The notes: a model not told the origin generated them from the sequence alone. Positions 25,800 through 39,956 are shown, numbered from the stretch's first letter. The stretch: 64,000 bases of DNA from Octopus sinensis (GCF_006345805.1 NC_043011.1:186001-250000), one strand, 5' to 3'. Made by a program: numbers and translations.

Positions 25800-26352
25800 C
25801 AGGGTGACCCCAAAAAGACAGAACCCATAAAAATTTCATTAAACCCTACAAAGGTCCAGCAAACTTCTGCGTACGATCATTCATTCCCTTTGCATAAAAG
25901 TCGTGTTCTGCTCAAAATATCCTCCAAATGGCATACGTCGCGCAAACACTTGTATACGTCGGGCAAAATTGTCAATTACTCGAATAGATTCCTGTCTGGG
26001 GATTTCCCTGATTTCTGCTGTGATTGCTGCCTTCAGTTCACCAATCGTTTGAGGGTTGTTCTGGTAAACATTATCCTTGAGATACCCCAGATAAAAATCT
26101 GGCGGGTTGGGGTTGGAGTTTAAGTCCGGTGAATGCGGTGTCCATTCCACGTCACACTTCCTGCTGATCAGTCTCTCCTGAAATCGCTTTCTCAGCCCCA
26201 GGTTAGGGAGTCATTTGATACATGGGGGTGGGGTTTGCCCCATTTTGCTGGATCCACTGTTCATCTCGATCTATCCATCTGCGTCGTTTTATTCAAAAAG
26301 TTTTATTCAAAGATTTGTGGGTTCTGTTTTTTCTTCGGGAGGGGTCACCCTG
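25800..26352 (-). mobile_element. Internally deleted Tc1/mariner (maT/DD37D-like) element with TIRs
   Basis: TIRs cagggtgacccc...acagaaccca / tgggttctgt...ggggtcaccctg with TA on both sides; retains EWTPHSPDLN..PDFYLGYLKDNVY..NPQTIGELKAAI. Confidence 0.88.
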
Positions 26353-26612
26353 TATTATATTTCATGTATATACACGCATACATATAATGAAATAATGTAA
26401 TACATATAGACTTTATATAAACAATAACAATCTTATATTATTATTGTATTTTAATTATATATATATATATGTTATAATTTAGGGTATCTAAGAGATACCA
26501 CCACGCTGGAAATAGCAGTCAAAACTTGACTCTAAAACCACATTAAATGTTCATACAGCACCAGGAGAGAAGGCAAAGAGACTAGATAAACTAGCAAAAA
26601 AATTATTGGATA

Positions 26613-26671
26613 ATTTCAGATCCCGGATTTCTGACTCTGCATAAGAAATGCTCTGCCTTCATCAGTGGAAT
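26613..26671 (-). ncRNA. Candidate minimal type I hammerhead ribozyme (PLE pLTR-type)
   Basis: attcca-CTGATGA-a-ggcagagcatttcttatgcagagtc-a-GAAA-TCCGGGA-TC-tgaaat; stem I has one mismatch and stem II is imperfect. Confidence 0.55.
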
Positions 26672-26717
26672 ATACCCAGAAAGCACATAAATACAAATAT
26701 ATATATATATATATATA

Positions 26718-26849
26718 CAACATACGATATACTTACATATATGATCGTAAACATACATATATATGCACGTATTCACATATATATGCACATGTGCATACAT
26801 GCATATATATGTATGTTTACGTTCGTATATGTAAGTATATCGTATGTTG
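26718..26849. repeat. Near-perfect inverted repeat (~50-bp arms) within (TA)n
   Basis: caacatacgatatacttacatatatgatcgtaaacatacatatatatgca versus its reverse complement at about 26800-26849, with two mismatches. Confidence 0.85.
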
Positions 26850-27188
26850 CATATATATATATATATATATAGTGTGTGTGTGTGTGTGTGTATGTATGTA
26901 TACATAATTAGACAAGACCCTTTCGAATGAGCAACACAATCCACGGCCCCATACTTTGAAATGACTAAACATGAACTACCATTGGAACTTACATACCATG
27001 TAGAGGAAACGTTTTTATCACTTCTGTCCACCACTTTGCTCGAATAACGGAATTGCAACTACAATATCTTTATAGTGTTTATATTTATATTTCTACACTC
27101 ATTCTCTTATTTCCCTCTATATTCCCTCTCTCCTCCTTTTCCATAATAATTCCTTATTTCGAACTCAAATATTTAACTATCTCACATT

Positions 27189-27236
27189 GTCTCTGATGAA
27201 GGGATAGCCATAATATCCCAGAAACAGCTGTAAGAC
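27189..27236 (+). ncRNA. Minimal type I hammerhead ribozyme with intact core (PLE pLTR-type)
   Basis: gtct-CTGATGA-a-gggata-gccataa-tatccc-a-GAAA-C-agct-GT-A-agac: stem I gtct/agac, stem II gggata/tatccc, palindromic stem III ACAGCTGT, GUA cleavage triplet. Confidence 0.85.
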
Positions 27237-27318
27237 TATATCTATATCTAGATCTATATCTTTTCCCTTATAAATGTCCCGAAAACTCCTCACAGCCTTC
27301 GCTTGTTATCTCATTTTG

Positions 27319-27370
<52 letters not shown>

Positions 27371-27489
27371 TTATTTTATAGAAGTGAGTTCTAGTCCTGT
27401 AGAAGCTCCTTCTATAAAATAAATTAATTTACTCTGCTATGTATTGAGTACCTTATTTACTGTGGTTAACCCCGACTCAACCCGGGACC

Positions 27490-27559
<70 letters not shown>

Positions 27560-29143
27560 AAGAGAGAGAGAAAAAAAGAGATAGATAGATATTGTTATAT
27601 AGATGTATATATTGTTGGATTGAATGTTATTGGTTGGTGACGAAACAATAACGGTTTTGGGGATGAAGGGCCAATGTTTATTGAGACAATTTTTGTTTTC
27701 ATTGTAGTGTTTGGTTCTTGTTTGCATGTCCACCTTTTTTATACGATCTATTTCTGATTCGTTCTAAGTGTAGTTCTTCAACTTTTCGATGTTATTCCCG
27801 ATTGTGGTCCGAATGGTGACTAGAGTTTTTCCAATGTCTGCAATGGGTCTGGATCTAGACTTAATAGTTTGTATTGTCTCTTTATTTAATTTTATGGTTA
27901 AGGGATTATAAGGGTCATATATCTAATTGGTTCCAGATCAAGGTTTTTCGCTTGTCATTAGTGTCAGTTGGTCGAGAATTTAATGATTAAATGGGTTTGG
28001 TTTTTAGCTAGTAACGACGTGATGGTAGATTTGCCTCTCTTTCTCTCTCTCTCTCTCTCTCTCCTCTCTCTCTCACACACACAGGTGCTCATCCCTCTAA
28101 TCTTTCATCCAACACACTGCTATCCTCCCCCCCCCACAGCCATATGACTAATCATACAGACACATTCACTTATCTAATCTATTTCCACATGTTCAGAACA
28201 TTTGATCTAAATCATTCTCTCTCCCACTTTCTCTCAGTCTCTCTCAGTCTCTCTCAGTCTCTCTCTCTCTCTCTCTATTTCTCTCTCCACTCTCTCCCTT
28301 CTCTCTCCACTCTCTCCCTTCTCTCTCCACTCTCTCCCTTCTCTCTCTTATAACAAACATTTCTGTTAAGTTGTCACAATAAACTCCTGGTTTACCTTTC
28401 CTGCTCTGTAGATTTCGTTCGGCGTTTTGCTGCCTGTTCGTTGTTGTTGTTGTTTTCGTTGCTATTATTGTTATTGTTGATGTACGTTTTAAGCAAATTA
28501 TCTAGTTCTATGTGTGTATGTATGTATGTATGTATGTATGTATGTATGTATGTATGTATGTATGTATGTATGTATGTATGTATGTATGTATGTATGTATG
28601 TATTTATGTATGTATGTATGCATGCATGTATGTATGTGTGTATGTATGTATATATGTATGCATGCATGCATGTATGTGTTTGTGTATGTATGTATGTCAT
28701 TCAGTTTTATTTCAACATTTTTTGCCAATAGAGAGAGAGAGAGAGAGCCGGTTTCTAACCCACACCCAAAGCTCCCTCATTGGAGTTTCAACATCAGAAA
28801 CAGGGTATTTTTGTTAGTTTGTATGCATGTATGTAATTTTGTATGTATTTATCTGTGCAGATTTCTATGTATTCTCCATGCTCATATATATTTAAATGAT
28901 AAACCTCTGGTAAGTTTTACAGATTTCTAGTGTTTCAGTGATGTATGTGTGTATACACAAATATTTATAATACATAGTATATAATATATATACACATGTT
29001 TACATATATATAAATGCATAAAATTGTCTCAGCTTTATACGACATAAAGTTTCTAAGTTCGTTGGGCAATCTCTCGTCAATACAGAGTAGATTCACCCTA
29101 CAAGACTTCGAAACGCCGAAGGGTGCGTCAGACTTATCAACTA

Positions 29144-29201
<58 letters not shown>

Positions 29202-29840
29202 GTGCGTGTGTGCGTGTGCGCGTGTGTGTACGTATATGCTGGGATTATCTGTCCCAAGGAACATTGTACGGCTACTTAGAACTGAAGCTATTCAAACTGA
29301 ACGCCAATGTTTCATCAAAACAGTGGCTGCAACAAGAGACTTTATTCCGTTCGATGACAAACCTTGTTCACTCAGACATTTAGACCTGACCCTCGCAAAC
29401 AAGTCTGCTTCTTATTGTCCCAATCCTTTTCATTCAACAAACTCGATTATTCGTCGCCATTTTAGTTATGTTGAATGTATAATATTTTGTTATTATCCAA
29501 TATTACTTGGATTGCATACTTTGTACATATAGCTGGCTGCAGCGTTAAAGATACTGGCAACCGGTGTTTCAATGGTTCGAGCCACGTTGTGAAGATACCT
29601 CTTTCGTTTTTGTTTCATAGCTTCAGTCCACCTTGCTTTAAAATATATTATTGGTTCGCTCCTGGTGTGATCTGAGGTATGTTTGGCAGTTAGAGCGACC
29701 AAATAAAGACTTTTTTGTTGACTTGAAAAGGCGTAAATATAAAATGGTTGAATAAGGTTTATAAAAATCATATTAGAGACGATCGGAATATTAAAGCAAA
29801 AGAGAGACGGACAGATAGATAGATAGACAGACAGACAACC

Positions 29841-29916
<76 letters not shown>

Positions 29917-29918
<2 letters not shown>

Positions 29919-30447
29919 GTTTCTTTATTGGCCACACAGGGCTGCACACAGATGGGACAAGTTACAAGGTAGAGCTTTTCTTTTGGGGGATGAAAAAAAG
30001 GGGGTGGCGTAGGTTTTCGATCAAGAGGGATCGTAAAAGGGAAGAAAAGAACAAAAAAAAAATATTAAAAAAATAGAATAAAAAATAAAAAGAATAAAAG
30101 AAAGAAAAAAAAGAAAGGGAAAGGAACAAAAGAAAAGAGAAATGAAAAAAGAAGAAAAAGAGGAAAAAAAAGGGGGAAGAGGAAAAAAAAAAAAAGGAAC
30201 GATCAATAGGGATCGTGTATCACAGTGTTATGATATATGGTGTAAAGGGGAAAGCAAGTAAGGTTTATCCGTGGGAAGAAAAGCCTACGAAAAAGACCAC
30301 GGTAACCTTGGTCAATATTGTTATATGTTACCACATTTGTTTGCAAGTGGGTAACCCTCTGTTTTCAATTTCTGGGTTCATAGGATTATGCTCAAGGTGG
30401 CTTCGTCATTCATACGTGCCATCCTTGCTACATTCGCCCATCTTTTT
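29917..30447 (-). mobile_element. L1/Tx1-like 3' UTR inserted in a (GATA)n array
   Basis: Reverse complement closely matches 60340-60625; (TATC)n on both sides. Confidence 0.85.
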
Positions 30448-30469
30448 TTAGATAGATAGATAGATAGAT

Positions 30470-30516
<47 letters not shown>

Positions 30517-30814
30517 GGATGGATGGATGGCTGGATGGATGTTTGGGTGGGTGGGTGGATGGATGGACGAGTGGATGGATGGATAGATAGACAGATAGAG
30601 AGGAGAGAGAGAGAAAGAGATACAGACAGATGGGGACAAAAAGAGGGAAGAGGGGGAAATGTTTTTTAACCGTGGATCAAACCCGTCCCAATAGATCAAT
30701 GATCAAAGGCTTTCCAGCCGTGGCTGTCGCGATACGTTTATACTTATACATCAGCTACTTCATTCTTCGAAATATTTACATTATTTCGGAGGGATAACTT
30801 GCTTCTATTTCAGT

Positions 30815-31535
<721 letters not shown>

Positions 31536-31992
31536 GTAACGCCTCTGTTAGTTCTTCCTCTCCAGAATCACAAGGGACCAGTCTCCCGTTTTCCTCTCCA
31601 TTCACTTTCAACTGTTGCATGGAGTCCCTTGATGTTGTCCTTACACAAATACATCGTAATTATTGTTGTTGTTGATGTTGTTGCTGTGGTTCTTATTGTT
31701 GATATTTTCTTTATTTACTTTCTTCTTTTCTTCTTCTATTTTTTCTTTTGTCCGAAATTGTATTTTCATGTTGTCATTATTATTATTATTATTGGTGTTG
31801 GTGTTATTGCTGTCTTCCATTATCATTGTTCCCGCTTGATATCGCTAAATTGCCTAATGTACCTATTTTTTTCCTTTCTTTCTTTCCAACCAATCCTTGA
31901 TTTTTTTAACAAAAAAACAACTCATTTATGTGTGTGTGATTGTGGCTGTGTGCGTGCGTTCATGGACGCGCGCGTGTCTGTGTATGTGTGTG

Positions 31993-32042
<50 letters not shown>

Positions 32043-32674
32043 TACACATGCATATGTATATATATTTTATCTTCTCGTGTATTTATTTCTTCCTGATAGC
32101 AACATCAATCATGGCTGCTGGTTCAAATTACAAGTGATTTCCACTCACATCTCTCCACCGACCAAACCAAACATCAAAGGACACCGGAACATTTTATCCT
32201 CATTCTTATCTAACGTTCGACAAAAGTGAAAGTAGAGGTAGGGAGAGGTGGTTGTGGCGGTGGTGGCGGTGGCGGCGTGGCATAACGTGGTGGTGGTGGT
32301 GGTGGTGATGTCGGTGATTTGGGGGTGGTGGGTAGAGTTATACTGATACGACATGATTCGTGAGAGTTAGAAGCGGCGTTTAATACTCGACAGAGAACCG
32401 CAGGAGAACAAAACAATACAAGATAACAGATACAACAATAACAATAACAACAATAATAATAATAATGGTAACAGCAACAACAACAATAAGAAGAACGACA
32501 ATAACGACAACAGCAACAACAAGAACAAAACAGTAAAACGCGATAAGCATCAAGAAAATAAAGGAGGAAAGAAGAGAGAGGGGGTGATATAGAGTTAGAG
32601 AAAGGAAGGGAGAGAGAGAGTGTGAGAGAGGAAGAGATAGGGAAATAGAGAGAATGATAGTAAAACGTATGACG

Positions 32675-32738
<64 letters not shown>

Positions 32739-32908
32739 TGATAGTGTGAGGTTGAAAAATGATGAAAGGCTGTAAAAGTGAGAAAGTAAGGGAAAAGGCA
32801 GAGAAAGAAAGAGGAAGGGGAAGAGATGGTGAAAGTATAAATGTATGGAGAGGAAGAGGACTGAAAGTGAGTGAGAGAGAGTGTGAGGGTTAGTGGGAGG
32901 AAGAGCAG

Positions 32909-32961
<53 letters not shown>

Positions 32962-33657
32962 AAGAGAAAGAGTTGAATGAATGTTTAAATGAATTCTAAT
33001 TAAATGTCAGAAATTGTCAGGGAAAACATTTTACTGAGTTCTGATTTTACCTCATTAGATTACTGGTATCACAGTCATCAACACTAAAGACAAAAGTATA
33101 AAACTGATTTAACAGACACATGATGACGAATTATTGTTGTTTAGCCCCAGGCCAGCTCTGATCCGGCAGAATTATGACCAGCCTGTCTTCTCTGGCCAAA
33201 CTGTCCTTGCATTTTTTAAAGTGCCTATTATATTTTCGGGGGACAATGGCGGAGAAGATTTTAAGGACCAACTGTTGAGGTTCTCCTCTTTGACCAAACG
33301 CTTCATCAATCTCTTCAAGTTGGGCTTCGGCAGGAAAGTGAGGAGGACCAGGAGACGCTGACCTAACTTGCAGAAAAGGAGTGTTGCGAAGGTGATTGGG
33401 TCCGCTAAAGACGGAGATACCTGTAAACTATTGGAACACACAATTGGAAGACATTTGATGTCTGCTGTCAAAGAATTCCTGAATGTGTACGGTTCCTAAA
33501 TCAACATTTGGTGAGTGTCTCTTTATAGGACTTTCTCGCTTCACTCCTCTTGCGTTCCCCTCTTTGCGATTCAGTTCTGTGTTAACCGACCAACGATTTT
33601 ATGATCTCTCCTTGACAATGATTCTTCTTCTGTAGACCAGGAGTCAAATAAAGGTAT

Positions 33658-33738
<81 letters not shown>

Positions 33739-33879
33739 TATTATTATTATTATTATTGTTATTATTATTATTTTACTCCACAGAGCTCTCGGTCTTCCTT
33801 GCTCTGGTTGATTCTCGGTGAGCGGACAGTGACCTGTGGTCAGAGGTCTTATAACTAATAGTATTATCATTATTAAGGC

Positions 33880-34880
33880 GTCGAGGTGACGGAATGGTTA
33901 GCACACCGTATAAAATGCTTTCGTCCGACGTTATGGTCTGAGTTCAAATTCCACTGAGAGCGACATTGCCTTTCATCCTTTCGGGATCAATAAATTAAGT
34001 GCCTAAGGCGGCGAGCTGGCAGAAACGTTAGCACGCCGGGCGAAATGCGTAGCTGTATTTCATCTGCCGTTACGTTCTGAGTTCAAATCTAACCGTGGTC
34101 GACTTTGCCTTTCATCCTTTCGGGGTCGATAAATTAAGTACCAGTTACGCATTGGGGTCAATGTAATCGATTTAATCCGTTTGTCTGTCCTTGTTTGTTC
34201 CCTCTGTGGGTAGTAAAGAAATAGGTATTTCGTCCGTCTTTACGTGCTGAGTTCAAATTCCACCGAGAGCGACTTTGCCTTTTATCCTTTCGGGGCCGAT
34301 AAATTAAGTTCCTAAAAAGATTCCAGCCTTGTGCCTATCGCAGAAAGGATGATTATCATTGATGTTGTTGTTGTCGAGGGCTTCGTTCCATTTAACTGTC
34401 GAGGCCCGTCTTCGCCTCAAATTTCTGGTCTTAAGCTTGCAGAACCTTTAGAGTATGGAAAAAAATGCTATGTGATATTTGTTTCGGTTCGTTAAGTTTC
34501 GAGTTCAAATCTTGTCAATGACGGCTTTTCCTTTCATCCCTCCGGTGCGTCGATCAAATAAAATGCCACTCAAATAAGCACTGAATCGATTTAATCGATT
34601 GCCACCCTCACCGCTCCGCCAAACGTCAGCCTTTGTACCTACGCAACAATCAATTATTATTAATAGACAATAAGTTTGGGAGGTGAACAGGTAGAATTGT
34701 TACCTGTGACATTTTGTCCGTTTTTACATTCTGAGTTCAAATTCCACCGAGGTCGACTTTAACTTTTAGCCTTTATGGGTCGACAAAATATGTATCATTT
34801 GTACACTGGGATCGATGCGATCGACTATCCCCCCCCCATAAATTTCTGGCCTTGTGCCTATAGTAGAAAGGATTATTAAC
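33880..34880 (+). mobile_element. Cluster of family 2 SINE monomers and dimers
   Basis: The ttctgagttcaaat...gtcgactttgcctttcatcc...gataaattaagt core recurs at about 33935, 34075, 34245, 34495 and 34730. Confidence 0.85.
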
Positions 34881-35457
34881 AGACAATTATTACTGTTTAA
34901 TCGCCTTTATCTCATTCCCGACAATTATGTTAATTTATTCCAGGTCCTTGATGTAATTAACACGTATTACCATATAAGGAATTATATTTGGGGAAGAGCT
35001 TCGGCATCGAGAATATGAGAAAGAACGCTTTGCGAGTGAGAGGCGTCAACCGACCGACTGAAATACGATGAGAGTTGTGGTTTCTTCAGAAGGCAGATAG
35101 GTAAGATAAGGTGGATGGATGGGTGGTTTAATGAGGAGAAGATGGGGTTGGGTAGGTGGATGGACAGGTGGGTAGATTCGTAGGTGGAGGTATGGGTGGG
35201 GTAGGTGGATAACGATTATGTGAGGGGTGGGGGAGGGATCTCGTTAGATGTATTTGACAAGATGAATTATTGTTGCAGGAATATTAAGGTACCATAAAAA
35301 CGATGAGTTCTGATAATAGGGGTGAAGAGGAAGGCACAGAGATGATAGAGAGGAAGAAGGTAGAGCGGGAGGTGAGCGGTGGAAGGAGAGTGTGATGTTG
35401 TTATTGATGGAAAGAATGGCAGACAGACAGACGGATGGACAGATAGATAGATAGATG

Positions 35458-35502
<45 letters not shown>

Positions 35503-35579
35503 ATATGTATATAGAGAGATAGATAGATATATATATATATAGATATATATATATATATATAATATATATATATATATAT

Positions 35580-35621
<42 letters not shown>

Positions 35622-35952
35622 AAGGAAAAGAAAGACCAAATGAAAGGCAAGCAGAAGACAGAAAGAAAGCAAGAGAAAAGAAAGATAGAAAGCGTGGACA
35701 GAGAAAGGAGGAAAAATAGTAAATATAAAGAAATAAAGACAAAAGGGAAGGAAAAAGATGGAAAGAAAGAAGGAAAGAGGGAGATAGAGGAAGAGAAAGA
35801 GCGAGGAAAGGGGAAAGAGTTAATAGTTGAAGGGAAGGAAGATGGCGGAAGTCTTACAATGATATTTGCATATTAATTGTGTGTTTGTGGAACCGACTTA
35901 CTCTGTGGACTGTCATTTGATCCCGAGGCTCTGGTACAACACACACACTCAC

Positions 35953-36003
<51 letters not shown>

Positions 36004-36677
36004 AATATATAGGGGGAGAGAGTGGTGGGGTGAGGGCTTCCATGTCTGCTCTTCGTTAGTGTTTTCAAGTACGTGCGAACAACGGCAACAACGATACCAT
36101 TGTCACAATTAATGGCCAACATTGTGAGTCTTTGATAGCATCAGAGTAGATTTATGAGCAACAGGAGAGAAAGATGGGGTGGGGGGCGAGGAGAGAGGGA
36201 GAAAGAGAGAGAGAGAAAGTGAGAAAAAGAGGCAGAGAAAAAGGAATAGAGAGGCAGAGTGTGAGAGAGAAAGAGAAAGAAAGTGAGAAAAAGAGGGAGA
36301 AAGGATGAAAGTTTGAGAGAGAGAGAGAGAGAGAGAAAGTAAATGACTGCGAAAGAAAGGGGCAGAGTAAGAGAGTGAGGAAAAAAGAAAGGTAGATGTT
36401 GTAAAGAAAGGGGAGGAGAGTACAAGAGGAGTAGCGTTGTGTAATTTGGCTAGAATTGGTAGAATAAGGAAATGGAATGGCGAGCAGTGAACCGAATCTG
36501 TGTTAATGTTTGCCATTCTTAGATGTAAATATTATTTCACTTGAGCAAGACAATTCCTTTGGCAAATGGTAACAATTTTGGATGGTTGTAGCAGAGGTTC
36601 GATAAGATCCAAGCATGTTACAAGTTAATTATCCTGATTAATTAAGTGTAGACACACCTTCAAAGCTCTGATTAATC

Positions 36678-36900
36678 TACATTATTTGCATTATTTACAT
36701 TTGACGGATATTTGTTCTCATCTTGTTTGTTGTTAACACAACTTTTCCCCAAGACACCTGATGAAGGCTGGAGGGTATATCAGGCGAAACGCTGTGTTAA
36801 CAACAAACAAGATGAGGACAAATATCTGTCAAGTGTAAATAATGTAAATAATGTACATAATTCCTCATTTCTTAATTATAGAACTCTGCATATCTATCTA
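36678..36900 (+). mobile_element. PLE pseudo-LTR remnant: degenerate hammerhead with an inverted copy of its own tail upstream
   Basis: gacac-CTGATGA-aggctg...caggc-GAAAC-GCT-gtgtt at 36753-36798; 36678-36742 is the reverse complement of 36791-36855. Confidence 0.75.
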
Positions 36901-37199
36901 AATTTAGTTTATGGCTAATTATAATTTCTTGAAGAATTATCTCCCCTGCTCCTTCTGAGAGCAGGAGTTCATTAACGCTAATAACTTTGTAATTTAGTTT
37001 ATAATTTGAGTTAAATAAAAAACCAAAACAGTTTCTGGAATATTGTCAGGCACTTAGAGATTCCTTCTTATCAGGCTATGTTTCTATTCTTTTCTTCTAC
37101 TTGTTTCGGTCATTTGACTGCAGCCTTGCTGGAGCACCGCCGCAAAATATTTAATATTCTTTTGAGGACTAGAGGCAGAGAAGGATGATGACATTTTCT

Positions 37200-37930
37200 G
37201 AGAAAATCTGTACTTGGAAGAAAATTAGCTTGCTGGTCATTTGTAGAGAACTTTCAGTTCAAGAACTCTGGACATCTTCTGGCCTGGCACCACGTGGGGA
37301 GTTTTGGCACAGAAATACTGCTAACCGAACCTGTTTGACATGCGCGCAGAGCAACCAAACATTTCTGAAGACATTTGTTCAGTGTCCGAACGTATACGAT
37401 TTATGGGAGTGGAGGTCGATCTGTTGTCAGATGTAGGACGGGTTCAGCTATCAGCCGAGTCCATCTCGAGGAGCCATCGCGCTGCTCACTTTTGGCCGCA
37501 AAGGGTTACGGTTTTCGCCAGTAGCTAAGGCGAAAGAAGTTCTGTGATGGACGCGACTGAAAGGACTGAAGAGAGAAACTTTTATTATCAGCCAAGCACT
37601 TGGAAATTGAGACGGAAGTGATTCTGCCCACACCTCGTCCACCTTTCTTTCAGGGACACGAACATGGGGCGGTTTAAACGAGCCATTATTGGACATGCAC
37701 CAGTTGAGACAGATGAGAAAGGGCACTTGCTTTTGGTGTCAAGGTAATTCACGATTTTCTGTTTGTTAGTCTTAAGCAGCTCGTCTAGCTGTTCCTGTCA
37801 CGGAGCCCTCTCAGCTTCTTCCTCCAATAACCATGGACCCTGTCCGATTCTGGGCTCCTCCAATTTGAGAGTTTTCTAAACTGCTTTTTTTATCATTTCT
37901 GTAGTTATCTTTATATCTTATTGGGCTTCC
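37200..37930 (+). mobile_element. L1/Tx1-like C-terminus and 3' UTR, decayed
   Basis: TANRTCLTCAQSNQTFLKTFVQC and RVQLSAESI match the 21323-21881 and 59523-60275 family. Confidence 0.75.
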
Positions 37931-37944
37931 ATATTTTTTAACCT

Positions 37945-38330
37945 GACGGAATCGTTAGCACGTCTGGCGAAATGATTAGCAGTATTTCGTCTGCCGTTAC
38001 GTTCTGAGTTCAAATTCCGCCGAGGTCGACTTTGCCTTTCATCCTTTCGGGGTCGATAAATTAAGTACCAGTTACGCACTGGGGTCGATATAATCGACTT
38101 AATCCGTTTGTCTGTCCTTGTTTGTCCCCTCTGTGTTTAGCCCCTTGTGGGTAGTAAAGAAATAGGTATTTCGTCCGTCTTTACGTTCTGAGTTCGAATT
38201 CCGCCGAGGTAGACTTTGCTTTTCATTCTTTCGCGGTCGATAAATCAAGTACCAGTTGAGTATTGGGGTCGATGTAATCGACTTCCCCTCCCCACAAAAT
38301 CCAGGCTTTGTGCCTATAGTAGAAATAAAT
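37945..38330 (+). mobile_element. Family 2 SINE, near full length (dimeric)
   Basis: tRNA-like head followed by a duplicated ttacgttctgagttc...gactttgc...gataaa core; runs into the ATT array. Confidence 0.88.
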
Positions 38331-38523
38331 ATCATTATTATTGTTGTTGTTATTATTATTATATTATTATATTATTATTAGATTATTATTATTGTTGTTG
38401 TGTTGTTGTTGTTATTATTATATTATTATTATTATTTTATTATATTATTATTATATTATTATTATTATTATTATCATATTTTATTATTATTATTATTATT
38501 TATTATTGTTGTTGTTGTTATTA

Positions 38524-38554
<31 letters not shown>

Positions 38555-38600
38555 TTTCATCATTATTATTATATTATTATTATTATTATTATTGTTGTTG

Positions 38601-38641
<41 letters not shown>

Positions 38642-38648
38642 GTTGTTG

Positions 38649-38684
<36 letters not shown>

Positions 38685-38725
38685 TATTTATATTATTATT
38701 ATTATTATTATTATTATTGTTGTTG

Positions 38726-38761
<36 letters not shown>

Positions 38762-38845
38762 TATCTCATTATTATTATTATTATTATTATTATTCTTGTT
38801 GTGGTTATTATTATTTATTATTATTATTTTATTATTATTATATCA

Positions 38846-38879
<34 letters not shown>

Positions 38880-38886
38880 GTTGTTG

Positions 38887-38917
<31 letters not shown>

Positions 38918-38943
38918 ATTATTATTATTATTGTTGTGGTGTT

Positions 38944-38997
<54 letters not shown>

Positions 38998-39018
38998 TTA
39001 TTATTGTTGTTGTTGTTA

Positions 39019-39050
<32 letters not shown>

Positions 39051-39088
39051 ATCATTATTATTATTATTATATATTTTATTGTTGTGTT

Positions 39089-39131
<43 letters not shown>

Positions 39132-39170
39132 ATCATTATTATTATTATTTTATTTTATTATATATTGTTG

Positions 39171-39206
<36 letters not shown>

Positions 39207-39220
39207 TATTATTGGTGTTG

Positions 39221-39277
<57 letters not shown>

Positions 39278-39407
39278 CATCATCATTATATTATTATTAT
39301 TATTATTATTATTATTGTGTTTGTGTTGTTATTGTTATTATTATTATTATTTATTATTATATCATTCATGATTATATATTATTATTTATTATTGTTGTTG
39401 TTATATA

Positions 39408-39441
<34 letters not shown>

Positions 39442-39650
39442 GTTGTTGTTGTTGTTGTGTTATTATTATTATTATTATTATTATTATCATCATCATTATT
39501 ATTTATTATTATTATATATTGTTGTTGTTGTATTATTATTATTATTATTATTTATTATTTTCATCATTATTATTATTATTATTATTATTATATTATTATT
39601 GTTGTGTTGTTGTTGTTATTATATTATTATTATTATTATTATTATTATCA

Positions 39651-39685
<35 letters not shown>

Positions 39686-39784
39686 GTTGTTGTTGTTATT
39701 ATTTATTATTATTATATTATTATTATTATCATCATTATTTTATATTATTATTATTATTAATTGTTGTTGTTGTTGTTATTATTA

Positions 39785-39815
<31 letters not shown>

Positions 39816-39885
39816 CATCATATTATTATTATTATAATATTATTGTTGTGTTGTTGTTGTTATTATTATTATATTATTATTATTA

Positions 39886-39916
<31 letters not shown>

Positions 39917-39956
39917 GTTGTTGTTGTTATTATTATTATTATTATCATTATTATTA

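Noticed and set aside
27600-28020. Possible additional PLE linker on the minus strand (PYNPLTIKL)
   Set aside because: Similarity too weak and interrupted to support.
28270-28350. 22-bp tandem repeat, and a 10-bp repeat at 48263-48300, as CRISPR-like arrays
   Set aside because: Head-to-tail with no unique spacers; ordinary minisatellites in eukaryotic DNA.
29014-29532. 172-aa plus-strand ORF spanning a GT repeat
   Set aside because: No recognisable motif; the frame is held open partly by the microsatellite.
33172-33600. Unique GC-moderate segment with 75-99 aa ORFs; similar case at 41797-42146
   Set aside because: Possibly LINE ORF1 debris, but no motif could be recognised, so left unannotated.
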